DNA of 64,000 bases from Leucoraja ocellata (lineage: Eukaryota): positions 1,240,001-1,304,000 of the forward strand of contig JAWMAR010000079.1 of the NCBI GenBank assembly GCA_036785375.1. The letters run 5' to 3'. Positions 1 to 12,660 of the stretch are shown here, piece by piece. The notes under the pieces were generated by a model. It saw only the letters and a program-made list of their open reading frames with translations, was not told the DNA's origin and did no database searches. Position 1 is the first letter of the stretch. Every line of letters begins with the position of its first letter. Made by a program: the position numbers and the translations under genes.

Positions 1-382
1 CCCTTCCTAAATCCCACCATTCCACTCTCTTTTAATATGCTCCTTCACAGGTTAGTCTTTGTGCACTGATTAGTGCAGATTGGCATCAGTTTGTAGCTGA
101 CAGTTGCACCTGTGAGGTGTATCGAATGCTTCACTGAATGGATCAACAAGGCTGCATAAATGGAAATTGTTGCTGAATTCCATTTGCCAAGGAAGGCTGG
201 GCATTGACTAGCTTCTTGGCAGTTTTGTGAGATGCTTCATGGGCCAATGTTTGCTTCCTTCCCAACATTTTGCTGACCCATACTCGTTCTCTCAGTAGAA
301 ATTACAGGAGCCCTTACTGAGATATATGAATCATCGTTAAACATGAGCAAAGTGCCGGAAGACGAAAGGAGGCTAATGTTGT

Positions 383-665
383 GCCAAACAAGGCATTGGT
401 ATAAGGCGAAAGGGGAAAGATTTAATAGGGACCTGAGAGGCAACTTTTTCACATGGAGGCTGGTGGGTTTATGGATCAAACAGCCAGAGGAAGTAGTTGA
501 AGCAAGTGCAATCCCAACATTTAAAAGACATTTGGACAGGTACATAAATAAGAAAGGTTTCAGGAATATGGGCCAAATGTAGGCAAATGGGACTAACTTA
601 GATAGGCCATTTTGGGCATGGATGAGTTGGGCAGATGGGCCTGTTTCCATGCTGACTCTGTCTAT
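383..665 (+). mobile_element. CR1 LINE 3' fragment
   Basis: Translates to ...KGERFNRDLRGNFFT.RLVGLW...EEVVEASAIPTFKRHLDRY, the CR1 ORF2 C-terminus, followed by a typical 3' UTR. Confidence 0.8.
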
Positions 666-1327
666 GAGTTAGGAGTTTCAAGGCTTCCTGCTCATGTACA
701 GATTGCTGCGTCATTGGAGAGACCAGGATCTACTTCACCTTCCAATTGCCCTGAAGAAGGTGGTTGTGAGTTGGTGCTTTTACCCACTGCAGTCTGTTTA
801 GCATGAGTGCTTCCACATTGCTCCTTGAAGGGAATTCCCAATAATAGACTCATTGCCAATGATGGGCAGTGCAGGCAATGTATGGTTAAATCCAGCATGC
901 TGCATGTGATCATGCAGGGTCACAACAGGTTCCTGGACTTTACATTACTGCAAAGATAGATGGAATGAAGAGACATAATCTTCTACTGCCATAGTAGAAA
1001 CCTTTGTTTTCTCATTGCATTCTCTTCCAAGGGTCTTATGAAGCTAAAATCAAAGTGTTGGGGGAATGTAACGGGTTAAGCAGCATCTGTGCAGGGAAAT
1101 TGACAGGTGATGTTTGGGGTTATGACCCTTCTGCATACTGACCCGTTGAGTTCCTCGAGCAGTTTGTTTTACTGCTCCAGACTCCAACATCTGCAGTCTC
1201 TTGTGCAGCAAGGTCTGATTGGAGGATGCAGCAAATTCAAAAAGGCAACTTTACAAAGTGATAAGCAAGTGTACTAATGGTGTTCCTGAGGTGAATGATG
1301 CAAGTTGAGAGAAATTGGACGAAACCT

Positions 1328-1362
1328 GAGAGTGTGAGAGCGAGAGAGAGAGAGAGAGAGAG
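1328..1362. repeat. (GA)n microsatellite
   Basis: gagagtgtgagagcgagagagagagagagagagag. Confidence 0.85.
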
Positions 1363-1544
1363 GAAAAGAAGGATAGTGGATGGCAGAAAGGTTGGAAGTT
1401 GCCTTTAGGAATAATAAATGTCAGATGTAAATTTAATTCATTCCTAAGGACCTGTCATTCCTACACTTAGTGATGTGTTCACCCCTGAGATGCAGGGTTT
1501 GTCACTTAACCACTCAATGCTGGGATATTTTTGGTCCCCGAGTC

Positions 1545-1745
1545 ATGGCCAAGTGTCAGTACTCTCGCATCTGTTGGAGGAGATTGTTGGTTTGAGTCCC
1601 ATCTCAGGGATGCGAGTGTAAAAATCCAACCTGAAGCTTTATTGAGGCACCGAGGGAATGCTACACGGTCAGAGAACAGTGTTTCAAGTGAGTGTTTAAA
1701 CTGAGACTCTGTGCCCACTCGAGTTGATGCAAAAGATCCACCTGA
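1545..1745 (+). mobile_element. Ancient Deu-domain SINE (SacSINE1-like), degenerate
   Basis: actctcgcatctg...ggtttgagtccca...actgagggaatgct-like central block. Similar degenerate copies lie near 15470-15800, 19480-19690 and 31720-32060 (-). Family assigned from memory of the consensus. Confidence 0.5.
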
Positions 1746-1921
1746 GGGAAGCTGGGCAGGACATGGGTTGGGAGTAATGCTGGGAGGTTGCGATTTGGGG
1801 GAAATTAAAATGGGATGTACGATTGTGAAGGCGAGCTGCTGTATATTTCTGGTGTTCTGGGGCCAAATTTCTCTTTCAGCCAGTGTTACAAAAACCTTTA
1901 TCTCTGTGATATTTGTGGGAT

Positions 1922-2466
1922 CTTGTCCCCCCGGATCCTGACCAACTTTTACCGCTGTACCATAGAGAGTATCCTGACCACCTGCTTCACGGTATGGTAC
2001 AGCAGCTGCACTGCTGCGGACAGGAAGGCATTACAACGGGTGGTGAAAACCGCGCAGCACATCATCGGTGCCCCACTCCCTGCCATGGATGCCCTCCACC
2101 GAAAACGGTGTCTGAGACGGGCTGGGAAGATCATCAAAGACCCCTCACACCCCAACCATGGACTGTTTTCCCTCCTCCCATCAGGGAGGCGTTATAGGAG
2201 CCTCGGGTCCCGAACTAGTAGGATGAGGAACAGCTTCTACAATAATACAATCACATTGCTGAACTCGGAGTCCCGACAATAGATTTCTCCGGTCCCTCCA
2301 TCCCCATTGTTTAATTATTCTGTATTTTTTGATTATTCTGTATCTTCTCTCTTTCTATTTTTTTTATTTCTTTATGCACAACTACTACGGGCTGACGCAA
2401 AACTGCATTTTGTTGTACTCATACTTGTATTTGTGCAATGACATTAAAATTGAATTGCATTGAATC
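1922..2466 (+). mobile_element. Rex1/Babar-type LINE 3' fragment
   Basis: Open RT C-terminus ILTNFYRCTIESILTTCFTVWYSSCTAADRKALQRVVKTAQHIIG...HPNHGLFSLLPSGRRYRS, then a 3' UTR ending in a ttgaa-type tail. Confidence 0.85.
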
Positions 2467-3038
2467 TTGCAGTGTGTAAATTGGCTGTGAACAACAAGGA
2501 CTACATCTCGAACATCATTGAATTGTAATGTGTTTTAAGATGTTGATAAGGGGAAAAGAGCAACATAGTCTGTGTAGGAAGGAACTTCAGATGCTGGTTT
2601 ACACCGAAGATAGACACCAAGTGCTGGAGTAACTCAACGGGATAGGCAGCATCTCTGGAGAGAAGGAATATAGTCTGCCTTGATTTAGTGATTCATGCTG
2701 AATCAAACAATGTGGTGATGTGGCAAATTTTGGGCAGGACACCTTTCCTTTCTGGTAGCTTCTGAGGAGTGAGCTTTACTCTCGAATGGGCTGATGGTCA
2801 GGTTAATAATGGATGTGTCGATCAGTTAACATGTACCCTCGCTTTGCAGAGAGTCTGTGTTGCCAAACATGCCTGTGTCAGATTCTTGCACTGATTGGAT
2901 GGGACAGATGTTGCTGTACAACATGCCAGAGTTGAAAAAGAAGGCTTTCCTTACATTATTAAATTAAGATATTAATATGCTGTGTGGGCAACACTTCATA
3001 AATCCACTGGTGATAATTTTCCTTCTTTTTAACTGCAG

Positions 3039-3169
3039 ACATCAGATTGGAGCAAATATGATGACCGTTTGCTGAAGGCAGTGGAAAAGGGAGATGTGGA
3101 TAAAGTAACATCAGTGCTGGCCAAGAGGGGGGTCATGCCGACCAAGCTGGATGTGGAGGGCAGATCAGC
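3039..3169 (+). CDS. UACA: UACA exon: TSDWSKYDDRLLKAVEKGDVDKVTSVLAKRGVMPTKLDVEGRSA
   Basis: Polypyrimidine tract plus ctgcag acceptor, GC|gtaagt donor; 131 nt, phase 0 to 2. Confidence 0.93.
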
Positions 3170-4191
3170 GTAAGTGTCCTGCAACCACTGCTACTCCTGG
3201 GCCCACCTTCAATCAGCCTTTCAACTTCCATGCTGAAGATTGACACGGAGAGTGGAGGTTCGACCCAACAAGTGGCGGGTGGAGAGGGGTGTCCCAGCAA
3301 GTGTGGGGGGGATGCTTTCAATATACGGGATGTTGTACAATATCTATTTGGCCTCCACTCGTTCACACTGTGTCGAGATTACCCATCCTGTACACTGCTG
3401 GCATCCTCTCACTTTCTCTCTGGCTCTAGCTCCAAGTATCTCTCTTCTTTCATGTGCCCCCACCCCACCTCTCCCCACTCTCCTCAGGTTTCTCTCTTGT
3501 CTTCTCCCATGTTAAGACTCAGACTTTGATTTGTGTTTCTTCTGCTAATAACAGCACTGTAAAAAGTCTGGGGTATTATGACCTGGTTAAGGTCAAGTAA
3601 TTGGTCACATAGAAAATTGTAGTGTTCTTGCTCAGTAAATCTGTGGTGAATGTTCTACTAAATCTGCTGCATTGCCAGACTCCTGTTTGTTTTGTCTACT
3701 TTTTATGCCACATAATATCATGAAAGATTACTTTGCCTTATCGACTTAGAATTTGTTTAATTATGGTTAGAACTTGTTAGTTCAGGGATAAACAGCGCTG
3801 ATCACTTGCAAAGCTGCACATTCTGTTTAGTGGAACACAAGTCACGATTCACCTACGGCTGGAGGAGATCAAACGCAGTTATTTGAAACAGAACAGTGGA
3901 GTTCTCAACGGAAAGCCATTAAGTCTGACAATAGAAATTGATTTTTATTAAAATTAATTTGTTCAGTAACTTCAGCCTTTGTGATAAGAGGGACGTTGAA
4001 CAATGCCTCGGGCAGTGTTCTTTGGATAAAGTTCCAGTTGGTAAAATACCACTTTGCATTTAATAACATCTTTGATGTAGTAAACCTTGAAGCCTTATTG
4101 GGAGTTCTGTCAAACAAAGCCTAGTTTTGAGCCACACAGGAAGATATTCAAATAGATGACCAGACAGACAGGTTTAAGGAGCACTTGCATA

Positions 4192-5921
4192 CAGTACCTT
4201 CCTTAATGTTTGGGACAAAGACCCATCATTTATTTATTTGCCTGTTGTACTCCACAGTTTGAGATTTGTAATATAAAAAAATCACATGTGGTTAAAGTGC
4301 ACATTATCAGATTTTATTAAAGACCGCTTTTATTTTGGTTTCACCACATAGAAATTACAGCTGTGTTTATACATAGTCCCCCCATTTCAGGGTACCATAA
4401 TGTTTGGGACATATGGCTTCACAGGTGTTTGTAATTGCTCAGGTGTGTTTAATTGCTCCTTAATGCAGGTATAAGAGAGCTCTCAGCACCTAGTCTTTCA
4501 TCCAGTCTTTCCATCACCTTTGGAAACTTTTATTGCTGTTTATCAACATGAGGACCACAGTTGTCCAATGAAAGTCAAATTAGCCATTCTGAGACTGAGG
4601 AACAAGAATAAAACTGTTGGAGACATCAGCTAAACCTTAGGCTTACCTAAATCAGCTGTTTGGAACACAATTAAGAAGAAAGAGAACACTGGCGAGCTTA
4701 CTAATCGGAAAGGGACTTGCAGGCCAAGGAAGATCTCCACCGCTGATGACGGAAGAATTCTCTCTGTTATCCCCAATTATCCCCGATTATAAAATCCCCA
4801 AACACCTGTCCGACAGATCGGAAACACTCTTCAGGAGTCAGGTGTGGATTTGTCAATGACCACTGTCCGCAGAAGACTTCATGAACAGAAATACAGAGGC
4901 TACACTGCAAGATGCAAACCACTGGTTAGCCGCAAAAATAGGATGGCCGTGTTAGTTTGCCAAGAAGTACTTAAAAGAGCAACCACAGTTCTGGAAAAGG
5001 TCTTGTGGACAGAGACAAAGATTAAGTTATATGAGACTAATGGCAAGAGCAAAATATGGAGGAGAGAAGGAACTACCCAAGAACCAAAGCATACCTCCTC
5101 ATCTGTGAAACACGGTGGTGGGGGTGTTATGGCATGGGCATTGTATGGCTGCTGAAGGCACTGGCTCACTATTCTTCATTGATGATACAACTGCTGATGG
5201 TAGTAGCATAATGAATTCTGAAGTGTATCGACACATCCCATCTGCTCAAGTTCAAACAAATGCCTCAAAACTCATTGGCCGGCAGTTCATTCTACAGCAA
5301 GACAATGATCCTAAACATACTGCTAAAGCAACAAATGCATTTCGTTGTCTCTGTACTGTACACTGACAATGACAATTAAATTGAATCTGAATCTGAATCT
5401 GACAAAGGAGTTTTTCAAAGCTAAAAAATTGTCAATTCTTGAGTGGCCAAGTCAATCACCTGATCTGAACCCAATTGAGCATGCTTTTTATATGCTGAAG
5501 AGAAAACTGAAGGGTACTAGCCCCCAAAACAAGCATAAGCTAAAGATGGCTGCAATACAGGCCTGGCAGAGCATCACCAGAGAAGACACCCAGCAACTGG
5601 TGATGTCCATGAATCGCAGACTTCAAGCAGTCATCGCATGCAAAGGATATGCAACAAAATACTAAATATGACTATTTTCATTTACATGACACTGCTGTGC
5701 CCCAAACATTATGGTGCCCTGAAATGGGGGGACTATGTATAAACACAGCTGTAATTTCTACATGGTGAAACCAAAATGTATTAAAAATTGCCTTTATTAA
5801 AATCTGACAATGTGCACTTTAACTACACGTGATTTTTTTATTTTACAAATCACAAATTGTGGAGTACCGAGGCAAATAAATAAATGATGGGTCTTTGTCC
5901 CAAACATTATGGAGGGCACTG
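4192..5921 (+). mobile_element. Tc1/mariner transposon (DD34E, IR/DR type), full-length but defective
   Basis: TA|CAGT...ACTG|TA ends; about 220-bp imperfect TIRs (4192-4411 and about 5696-5921) with ccataatgtttgggaca-like direct repeats at both ends of each TIR. Confidence 0.95.
4548..5665 (+). pseudogene. Tc1 transposase pseudogene
   Basis: GRPRK motif, VKHGGGGVMAW, QQDNDPKH...SPDLNPIEH (34 residues between D and E once the 5336-5401 insert is removed). It has frameshifts and stops, and the first catalytic D is missing (VLWT-ETK). Confidence 0.9.
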
Positions 5922-7595
5922 TATCTTTGTTTAATACCCTGTGTTTTTCTAACATCAGAATATTTCATGTCTCTGAGAGAGCTCATCATGCCTGTAACGT
6001 CTTTTTCCTCTGCAGCTGTTTCTCCAAGAATTTATCAAATTCTGGTTAAAATTGTTGCGTTGGTTTATGTGAGTCTTTGTGGCAACACTGCAGATCAGGC
6101 AGAAAAATTCCTTTCTGGCAATTTTACTTGGATCCGCATTCCTCATTGCACTTTTCCCATCCTCATTCCCTTCCACCTGCATTGCTTCATTTAGCTTCAC
6201 AATTTGCAACTTCAATCTTTTTGTCTCACACCGGTTTTTTCATCTCTAGCCTTTGTCCAACAATTTGCCGATCAAATCCATTTACCCGTGTCAACCTATT
6301 ACCCTGCCCCTCTTTTCACTTTATTTTCCCCCTGCCGTCCCCCCAAATCAGTTTGAATCATCACCTATCCATGTTCTCCAGAGATGCTGCATGACTTGCT
6401 GAGTTACTCCAGCACTTTATGTTGCGAATTCTGTCTCTGATTCATTCTTAACATATGAAAATATTGATTTTGTATGAATTCCAACTGATGTCCTACAATA
6501 AAGATAGGGCTTGTACGTCAAGATCTTTAGGCAGTTTCTTAGAACCACACATTTTCCTGACAATAGATTTACCTGATTGGTATTTTTTTTGCCTCATTTT
6601 AACGTAGCAAATCTTCTAACTATTTGTGAATAGAGTTTTAGACGAATACAATGTTGTTTTGCTCTGGGCATTCATGGATTGTTGGTGAATTTAACTATCC
6701 AGAGGAAACTATGAATGCACAATTTTCTGTTCAGTTAATTAAAAACGGGTGATTTAAAGGAGCATATATTTTGAAAGAATTACTTGTTCCAAAGTCTTGT
6801 TCCAAAACTTAATTATGCTGCAAATGACAGCGTGTTTCTTTTAGATGGTTGTATCAGTACTTGCCTTGTGCAAGTATGATGCAGCTGAAAGCTAATTAGT
6901 TGACCTTCACTTAGTAATGCTGAGATAATTCAACATAGCGGCTTCAGTTTGAATTCTAGAGTTTATTTATAGCTATGTCAACAACAAATTTTGTTGAACT
7001 ACCATAAAATCCAACAGGAACTTAATAAAAGGGAATGTAATAAATTTATGTTTTTGATTATGCAAATGATGCCACAGATATTTTACTTTTGCAAATGGAA
7101 ATATCAGTAAGTGCTCTGAACATTTGAAAGTATAAAGCAATCCATTTTGGCAGAAGGAATGAGGGGAGACAATATGATCCAAATAGCACAGTCTTAAAAT
7201 GTGTGCACGGACAGAGGGACCAGGGTATATAGGTACATATCTCTGTCAGGCAACATGTCAGGCAATATGATAGAAACAGTTCGTGAAGCATTCGTGCCAG
7301 AGTTTGGTTGAGGCACTTAAGCACTTAAGAAATTACAGTTGTATTTTAGATTTGATTGAATTTAATATTTAGCTGTTATGGTGGGATTTGAACCTGTGCT
7401 TTTTGATTGTTAGTGCAAGTCTTCAGTGATGTGATGTGCCTGTCACCACTGTTATTGTTGCACCCATTTGTGTGTTGTTCTTCAAAAAGCACAAGTGTAA
7501 AATAGGGCGTCTATGCGGGAGGGGAGTTTGATTCTCAAGCAGATTATTCTGCAGCACATGAGTTTAATTTTCATTTTGATTTCCTTGTCTTCCAG

Positions 7596-7684
7596 TTTCC
7601 ATCTTGCAGCTGCGAAAGGTGATGTCCCCTGCGTCAATGCAATGCTCTCACATGGTGTTGACGTGACGGCAATTGATGCTGCAG
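7596..7684 (+). CDS. UACA: UACA exon, ankyrin repeat: [30 protein letters not shown]
   Basis: ttccag acceptor, G|gtaact donor; 89 nt; ankyrin consensus. Confidence 0.93.
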
Positions 7685-9357
7685 GTAACTCTTCACACTG
7701 GCACCGGGGTCAGAGTATCAGGTTGCGTCTCAAATTGCCACTTTTAAGATAATAGTTATTTTTCTCCTGCCTTTCTCCAATTGGAACAAGTTGAGCAATT
7801 TATTTCTTTGGTCTGTTTTGCCTTCGAATAGGATCGACTGATAAATGTTCCCTCTAGGTCTATCCCAAAATGGTGATTCTCTTGGCATCTAAGAATCTGT
7901 TGGTCTCAAGGTGGAATATACTCAGTGACTGAAATCCCTCTGCAATTGTGAATTCCACAGAGCCAATCTCTGTCTCAAATGTCCAAACATTTGTCCTGAG
8001 TCCATAACTATTAGTTCAAATGCTCCCAGGCACAGGAGCAAGAGAGCTATAACAAACATGCCTGTTAATTCTGCCATTGAAGGTTTCTGTATATTTCAGA
8101 GGTGTCTCTCTAACTTACTCCATAAAATGTAGGACAATAGGAACAACTTTCTCAACTCTATCCAGCAAACCATACTTTTATCCCTGTAAGATGTGTGTAA
8201 CCTTCCATGGGGAAGCAGTCCAGAAGTATATATGCTGGACTGCTCTTTATAGCTACCTTTGGATTTTTTTCTTATGTTCCAACTTTGTTCAGTCTGAAGA
8301 TAGTTACAACCACTCTATTGTAGAATTATTCTTGTGAATCTTTAGCAGTTCTGCCTGCATCTAAACTTAAGTGAAAAGTAAATGCCATGATGATATTTAT
8401 TTGCTCTTGGTATGTGGTGTAGCATTTCTTTCATCCTCCCACTTGACCTGAGTTCATAGTACAGTGCTTTGGTGGGCCAGGAATCGTGTATTGACCAGAC
8501 CAGATAAGGAAGACTTATTTTCTTGAAGATTAGTGAACCAGATTTTTAAAATATTTCAATACAATGATTTTCAAGGTCTTTTTTACTAACTTTTTTTTTT
8601 TTTTTTTAATAAACTTTTTTTTTAACTATACAGCTGCCATAGTGAGATTTCAAACCAGCCTCGGGATATTTGTCCAATAGCCAAAATATTCTTACTTTTT
8701 CACTATTGCTTTTTCTCTTTCACACATCTAAGCTGCAGATGTCGATCCTTCCATCAAGCCTCTTCATTGCCATTTTATTTAGATCTCAGAACAAATTAAA
8801 TAACCTAATAACATCTTCATTATGACCATCAACAGTACAGAGAACTTGCATCTGATTTTTCTGAGTTCATATGTAGTTATACTTGGAGCCCTGAATCCCA
8901 GAGTTAACTTCTCGGTGATTGATGGGAAGAAAGCGTACGAGCATGTTGAATATTGGTCCAGGATTGATGAGAGGTTTGCTAGCCCATGAGGGAGATGCTA
9001 ATGTGGGAAAGAGTGGTAGAGAATCACATCAATGTGACTTTTGTTACAGTACTATGAAGAGCCAAGCAACTGGAGGAACCGTCAGAACTTGAGTTACACC
9101 ACTTTTGGGTGATCTGGATGCAACAGACTGACTGGGGGCTTCTTTTTCTGTAACTTTCAACGATTCTATTTTGGGTTATCAACTGGTGCCCACTTGTCCC
9201 GCAGTGGATGTCCGAAGGAACCGTCAAGACCAGTTTAAGAAAAACTCTATTGCTATTCTTAAGGGCTGTGCAGTTGCTTATAGAACTCATTGAGAAAGAA
9301 CCCACCCCGAGTCCAAGGTTCATTAATTACTGATTTTATTTTCTCGTTATCTTGCAG

Positions 9358-9422
9358 GACAAAGTGTGTTACATCTCGCTGCTAGAAATGGGCAGTCTCT
9401 GTGTTTGCAGCGGCTGCTTCAG
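9358..9422 (+). CDS. UACA: UACA exon, ankyrin repeat: QSVLHLAARNGQSLCLQRLLQ
   Basis: ttgcag acceptor, CAG|gtaact donor; 65 nt. Confidence 0.92.
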
Positions 9423-11477
9423 GTAACTGCAATTGCCTCTTGGAATTATTGATGCATTAACATGAAGATCAAGTGTATCTGTCCATGAAGAAATTGTTCT
9501 TTTTAACTTTGCAATAGAGAATGCCCAAGGGTAAAGCTGTAGCTTCTGCAGCTTCTGAATTCAGTGTGCTGGTGCCAAGTATGTGCCTGTAATACACACA
9601 CTCAAGTACTTCATTTCCTGCTGTCCTATTTTTAAAACTGAGCAAACACTAGTAACACAGAGAGAGATGTTTTTTAATTCCTATTCTATTTCTTCCAGGC
9701 GATTCCATGATGGGTAGAAGGCGGGTAGATGGTTACATGGGGCGGGCTTGCTCCAGCAATGGGTTGCTTTCTGTCTTGTATGTTTGTGTTCAATATTTAC
9801 AATGCAGGAACAAGTTAGACACAAAAGTTGGAGTAGCTCAGCAGGTCAGAGGCATCTCTGGAGAAAAGGAATAGGTGACGTTTTGGGTCAAGACCCTTCT
9901 TCAGACTGCGAGTCAGAGGAAAAAGAAACGAGGGATATAGGTGATGTAGAGAAACATAGAACAAATGAATGAAAGATTTGCAAAAAAGTAATGATGATAA
10001 AAAGTAACAGGCCATTGTTGGCTGTGGCCTAGTACCTTCTGTCCTTTGAGATCAAGTACAGACATACCTTCCTACAGGAACAGGTAATTGCCCGACCAGT
10101 TTGCGCCAATCTCTATTCCACACAATTTTATCACTGTTTCCTCTTTCATTTTGTTGATGAATCATTCTGTTCCTATCTCCTTGGTGTGTTTATCCAGCTC
10201 ATCCGTTCTCTCCTCCCCAACCTCTCCTTGTGCCACAGTTCTCTGTTCCCACCACCAAGATATTTCCTTTTGAATAGCTTGATGTACGGTTAGGAAGGAA
10301 AGCTGGTGAGATTAGATGCGGACAGAGGGGAAGAGGCTGTAGTGGAGCATAAACACCACCTCGTAGTGTCAAGATGTTTGTACTGTGTATATTTTGGGCA
10401 TGTTTTCATTCATTCTAAAGGAATACTAATTGTGTTGGTCAATGCATGTGCAAAAAATATTGCATTGGGACCAATGGAAGGTAAATTTATTTGATCGTAT
10501 AATCTGCAGATTTTTAAATTACGCGACATGAGTCTTGTTTGATTGGGGAAAGGAAGTGGTGGGGGGGGGGGCAAATGGGAGGATAGTTGTTGCCCTTTAG
10601 CACACAACTAAAAGCTTTTCACTGTACCTTGGTGCAGATGACACTAAACTGAACTGCACTGCAGGAATTCGGGCAATTCTGTCTCAAGGCGGGGGTGAGG
10701 TAGGAGGTGGGGGATTACCTTTGTTGTGCAGATATAACAAGCATGTGGAGATTTTAAATAGTGGAATTTGTAATAAAATACGTTGCACTGCCGATATTAA
10801 TGTTTAAAACTCACTTCCATAGAAGACGAGAGGAGACCACTCAGCCTATCAGATTCATACCATCTTCTAGCAGAGCAATCTCATCAGTCCCATTTCTGTC
10901 TCCTTACTTCCTGTAGCCTTGCATCTTGTTCTCGCTCTCATGCTATTTGATTATTTTGCCATCTAACTACAATAAGGGGTAATTAATTAATCAACATGTG
11001 TTTGAAATGTGACACACCCAAGCTATCACATGGAGAGCATGCAAAGGCCACACTGACCGATCCAGAGGTCAGGATAGAACCTGGGTCCCTGGAGCATAAG
11101 GATGTTATGCTAACTGCTGCTGAAGTCTGTGTGGAGTCCGTGTGATAGTCCGTGTGATAGGTCTCCTCTGGGTGCATCAATTTCCTCTTGAGTCCCAAAG
11201 ACACGCTGTGGATTTTATTTGTACGGTAGTTCAGAATTTGTGATAAGCAAGGACATGAGATTCCCTTAGCTTGTCTATACTCGCAGTAACTATCCCATGT
11301 TGAAAAGACTGAGTAGCCGTCTAGCTGTTGCAAAGAAATTTGCGAAAGCCTATTTCTGCTCCAAGGAGTGATCTTCATTTTATAGGAAACCAAATTTTTC
11401 TGCAATTTTTAATGATTTCAGTATGGCGGGATGATGTTTTGTTCGCCTGTATTAAATCGGTGTGTTTTGTTTTACAG

Positions 11478-11535
11478 CAAGATTGTCCTGTAGACACTAT
11501 AGACCATCAAGGCAGATCTGCCCTTCATGATGCAG
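11478..11535 (+). CDS. UACA: UACA exon, ankyrin repeat: QDCPVDTIDHQGRSALHDA
   Basis: ttttacag acceptor, G|gtctgt donor; 58 nt. Confidence 0.9.
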
Positions 11536-12433
11536 GTCTGTATGCATTGCTTAAATCAGCTGGGGTTTTTTTTGCGGGCACAGAATACATTTTAATGGGG
11601 TTCTGGTGCTTTACGTGTTTAGAGAGCAAGTTTCTTTTCGCTGGAAATGTTGGTGTACAGTTGAGAACTGTCAAAATCTTCAGTTGCTTGTACATAATTA
11701 AAAATTCAAAAGAATCTGCAGATACCAGAAATGAAAACAAAATACTGGAAACACTTGGCCAAATCTGTATAAATAGAAATATCTTTTGTGCCACAACCCT
11801 TTATTCAAGCCGGGGAAGTGATAAAACAATTGACTTTTAAGTTTCAAGAAGGGGTTAAAATAGGAAGGATAAAATAAATATCTCTTGGTGAGAATGATTA
11901 GCTGTGAGGAAATGTTATTCACAAAGTCATCTGCTTGACAGACTTGTGAGGACTGTTGGAGTGAACAAAGGGGTGTGTGAAAGATTTGAAATGCAGATCA
12001 GAACTCTCACAAAGATCTGACAGCATAACGAGAAGTCTGGAAATACTCAGCGTGTTGGACAATGAGTATGGAGAAAGTTTTTAAAAACCGAGTTAATATT
12101 ACAGACTGATAGTCTTGCAACAGAACTCTCCAATGAAAGGAGATGGAGAATTAAAAGTGAAGTTGCAAATCCCACTCTTACCCAGCCTTATCTACCAGTT
12201 ATCTTCTGCACTGTGCCACTGTGAGCTTCATTGTAGAATCGATATCAAATGTTGCAATTTCAGGTAAGTTGCTCTCTGTTTGTTAGACCGGTTCTGCAGA
12301 AAAGTTATCTCCTTGTGGCACGTCTCCTCCCTAGTCTGATCTGCTCGGCATGTAAGTATCCTCATAGTGAAGAAAGGTTTAATATAAACCACCTCTTGAA
12401 TAAAAATTTAATTTGTAATTATGTTCAGCATTT

Positions 12434-12660
12434 CAGTGCCCTCCATAAGGTTTGGGACACGATACAAGATACATTTATTCGTCACATGTACCAAATGGTA
12501 CAGTGAAATGTGTGGTCAAAGACTCATCATTTATTTATTTGCCTCTGTACTCCACAATTTGAGATTTGTAATAGAAAAAATCACGTGTGGTTAAAGTGAA
12601 CATTGTCAGATTTTAATAAAGGCCATTTTTATACATTTTGGTTTCACCGTGTAGAAATTA
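12434..12660. mobile_element. Solo Tc1 TIR fragment (same family as 4192-5921), interrupted by a LINE tail
   Basis: cagtgccctccataaggtttgggaca...aaagactcatcatttatttatttgcct...gtagaaatta closely matches the TIRs above. Confidence 0.88.

Noticed and set aside
1-3038. UACA first exon or promoter
   Set aside because: No CpG island or credible ATG-containing exon seen; the region is mostly repeats.
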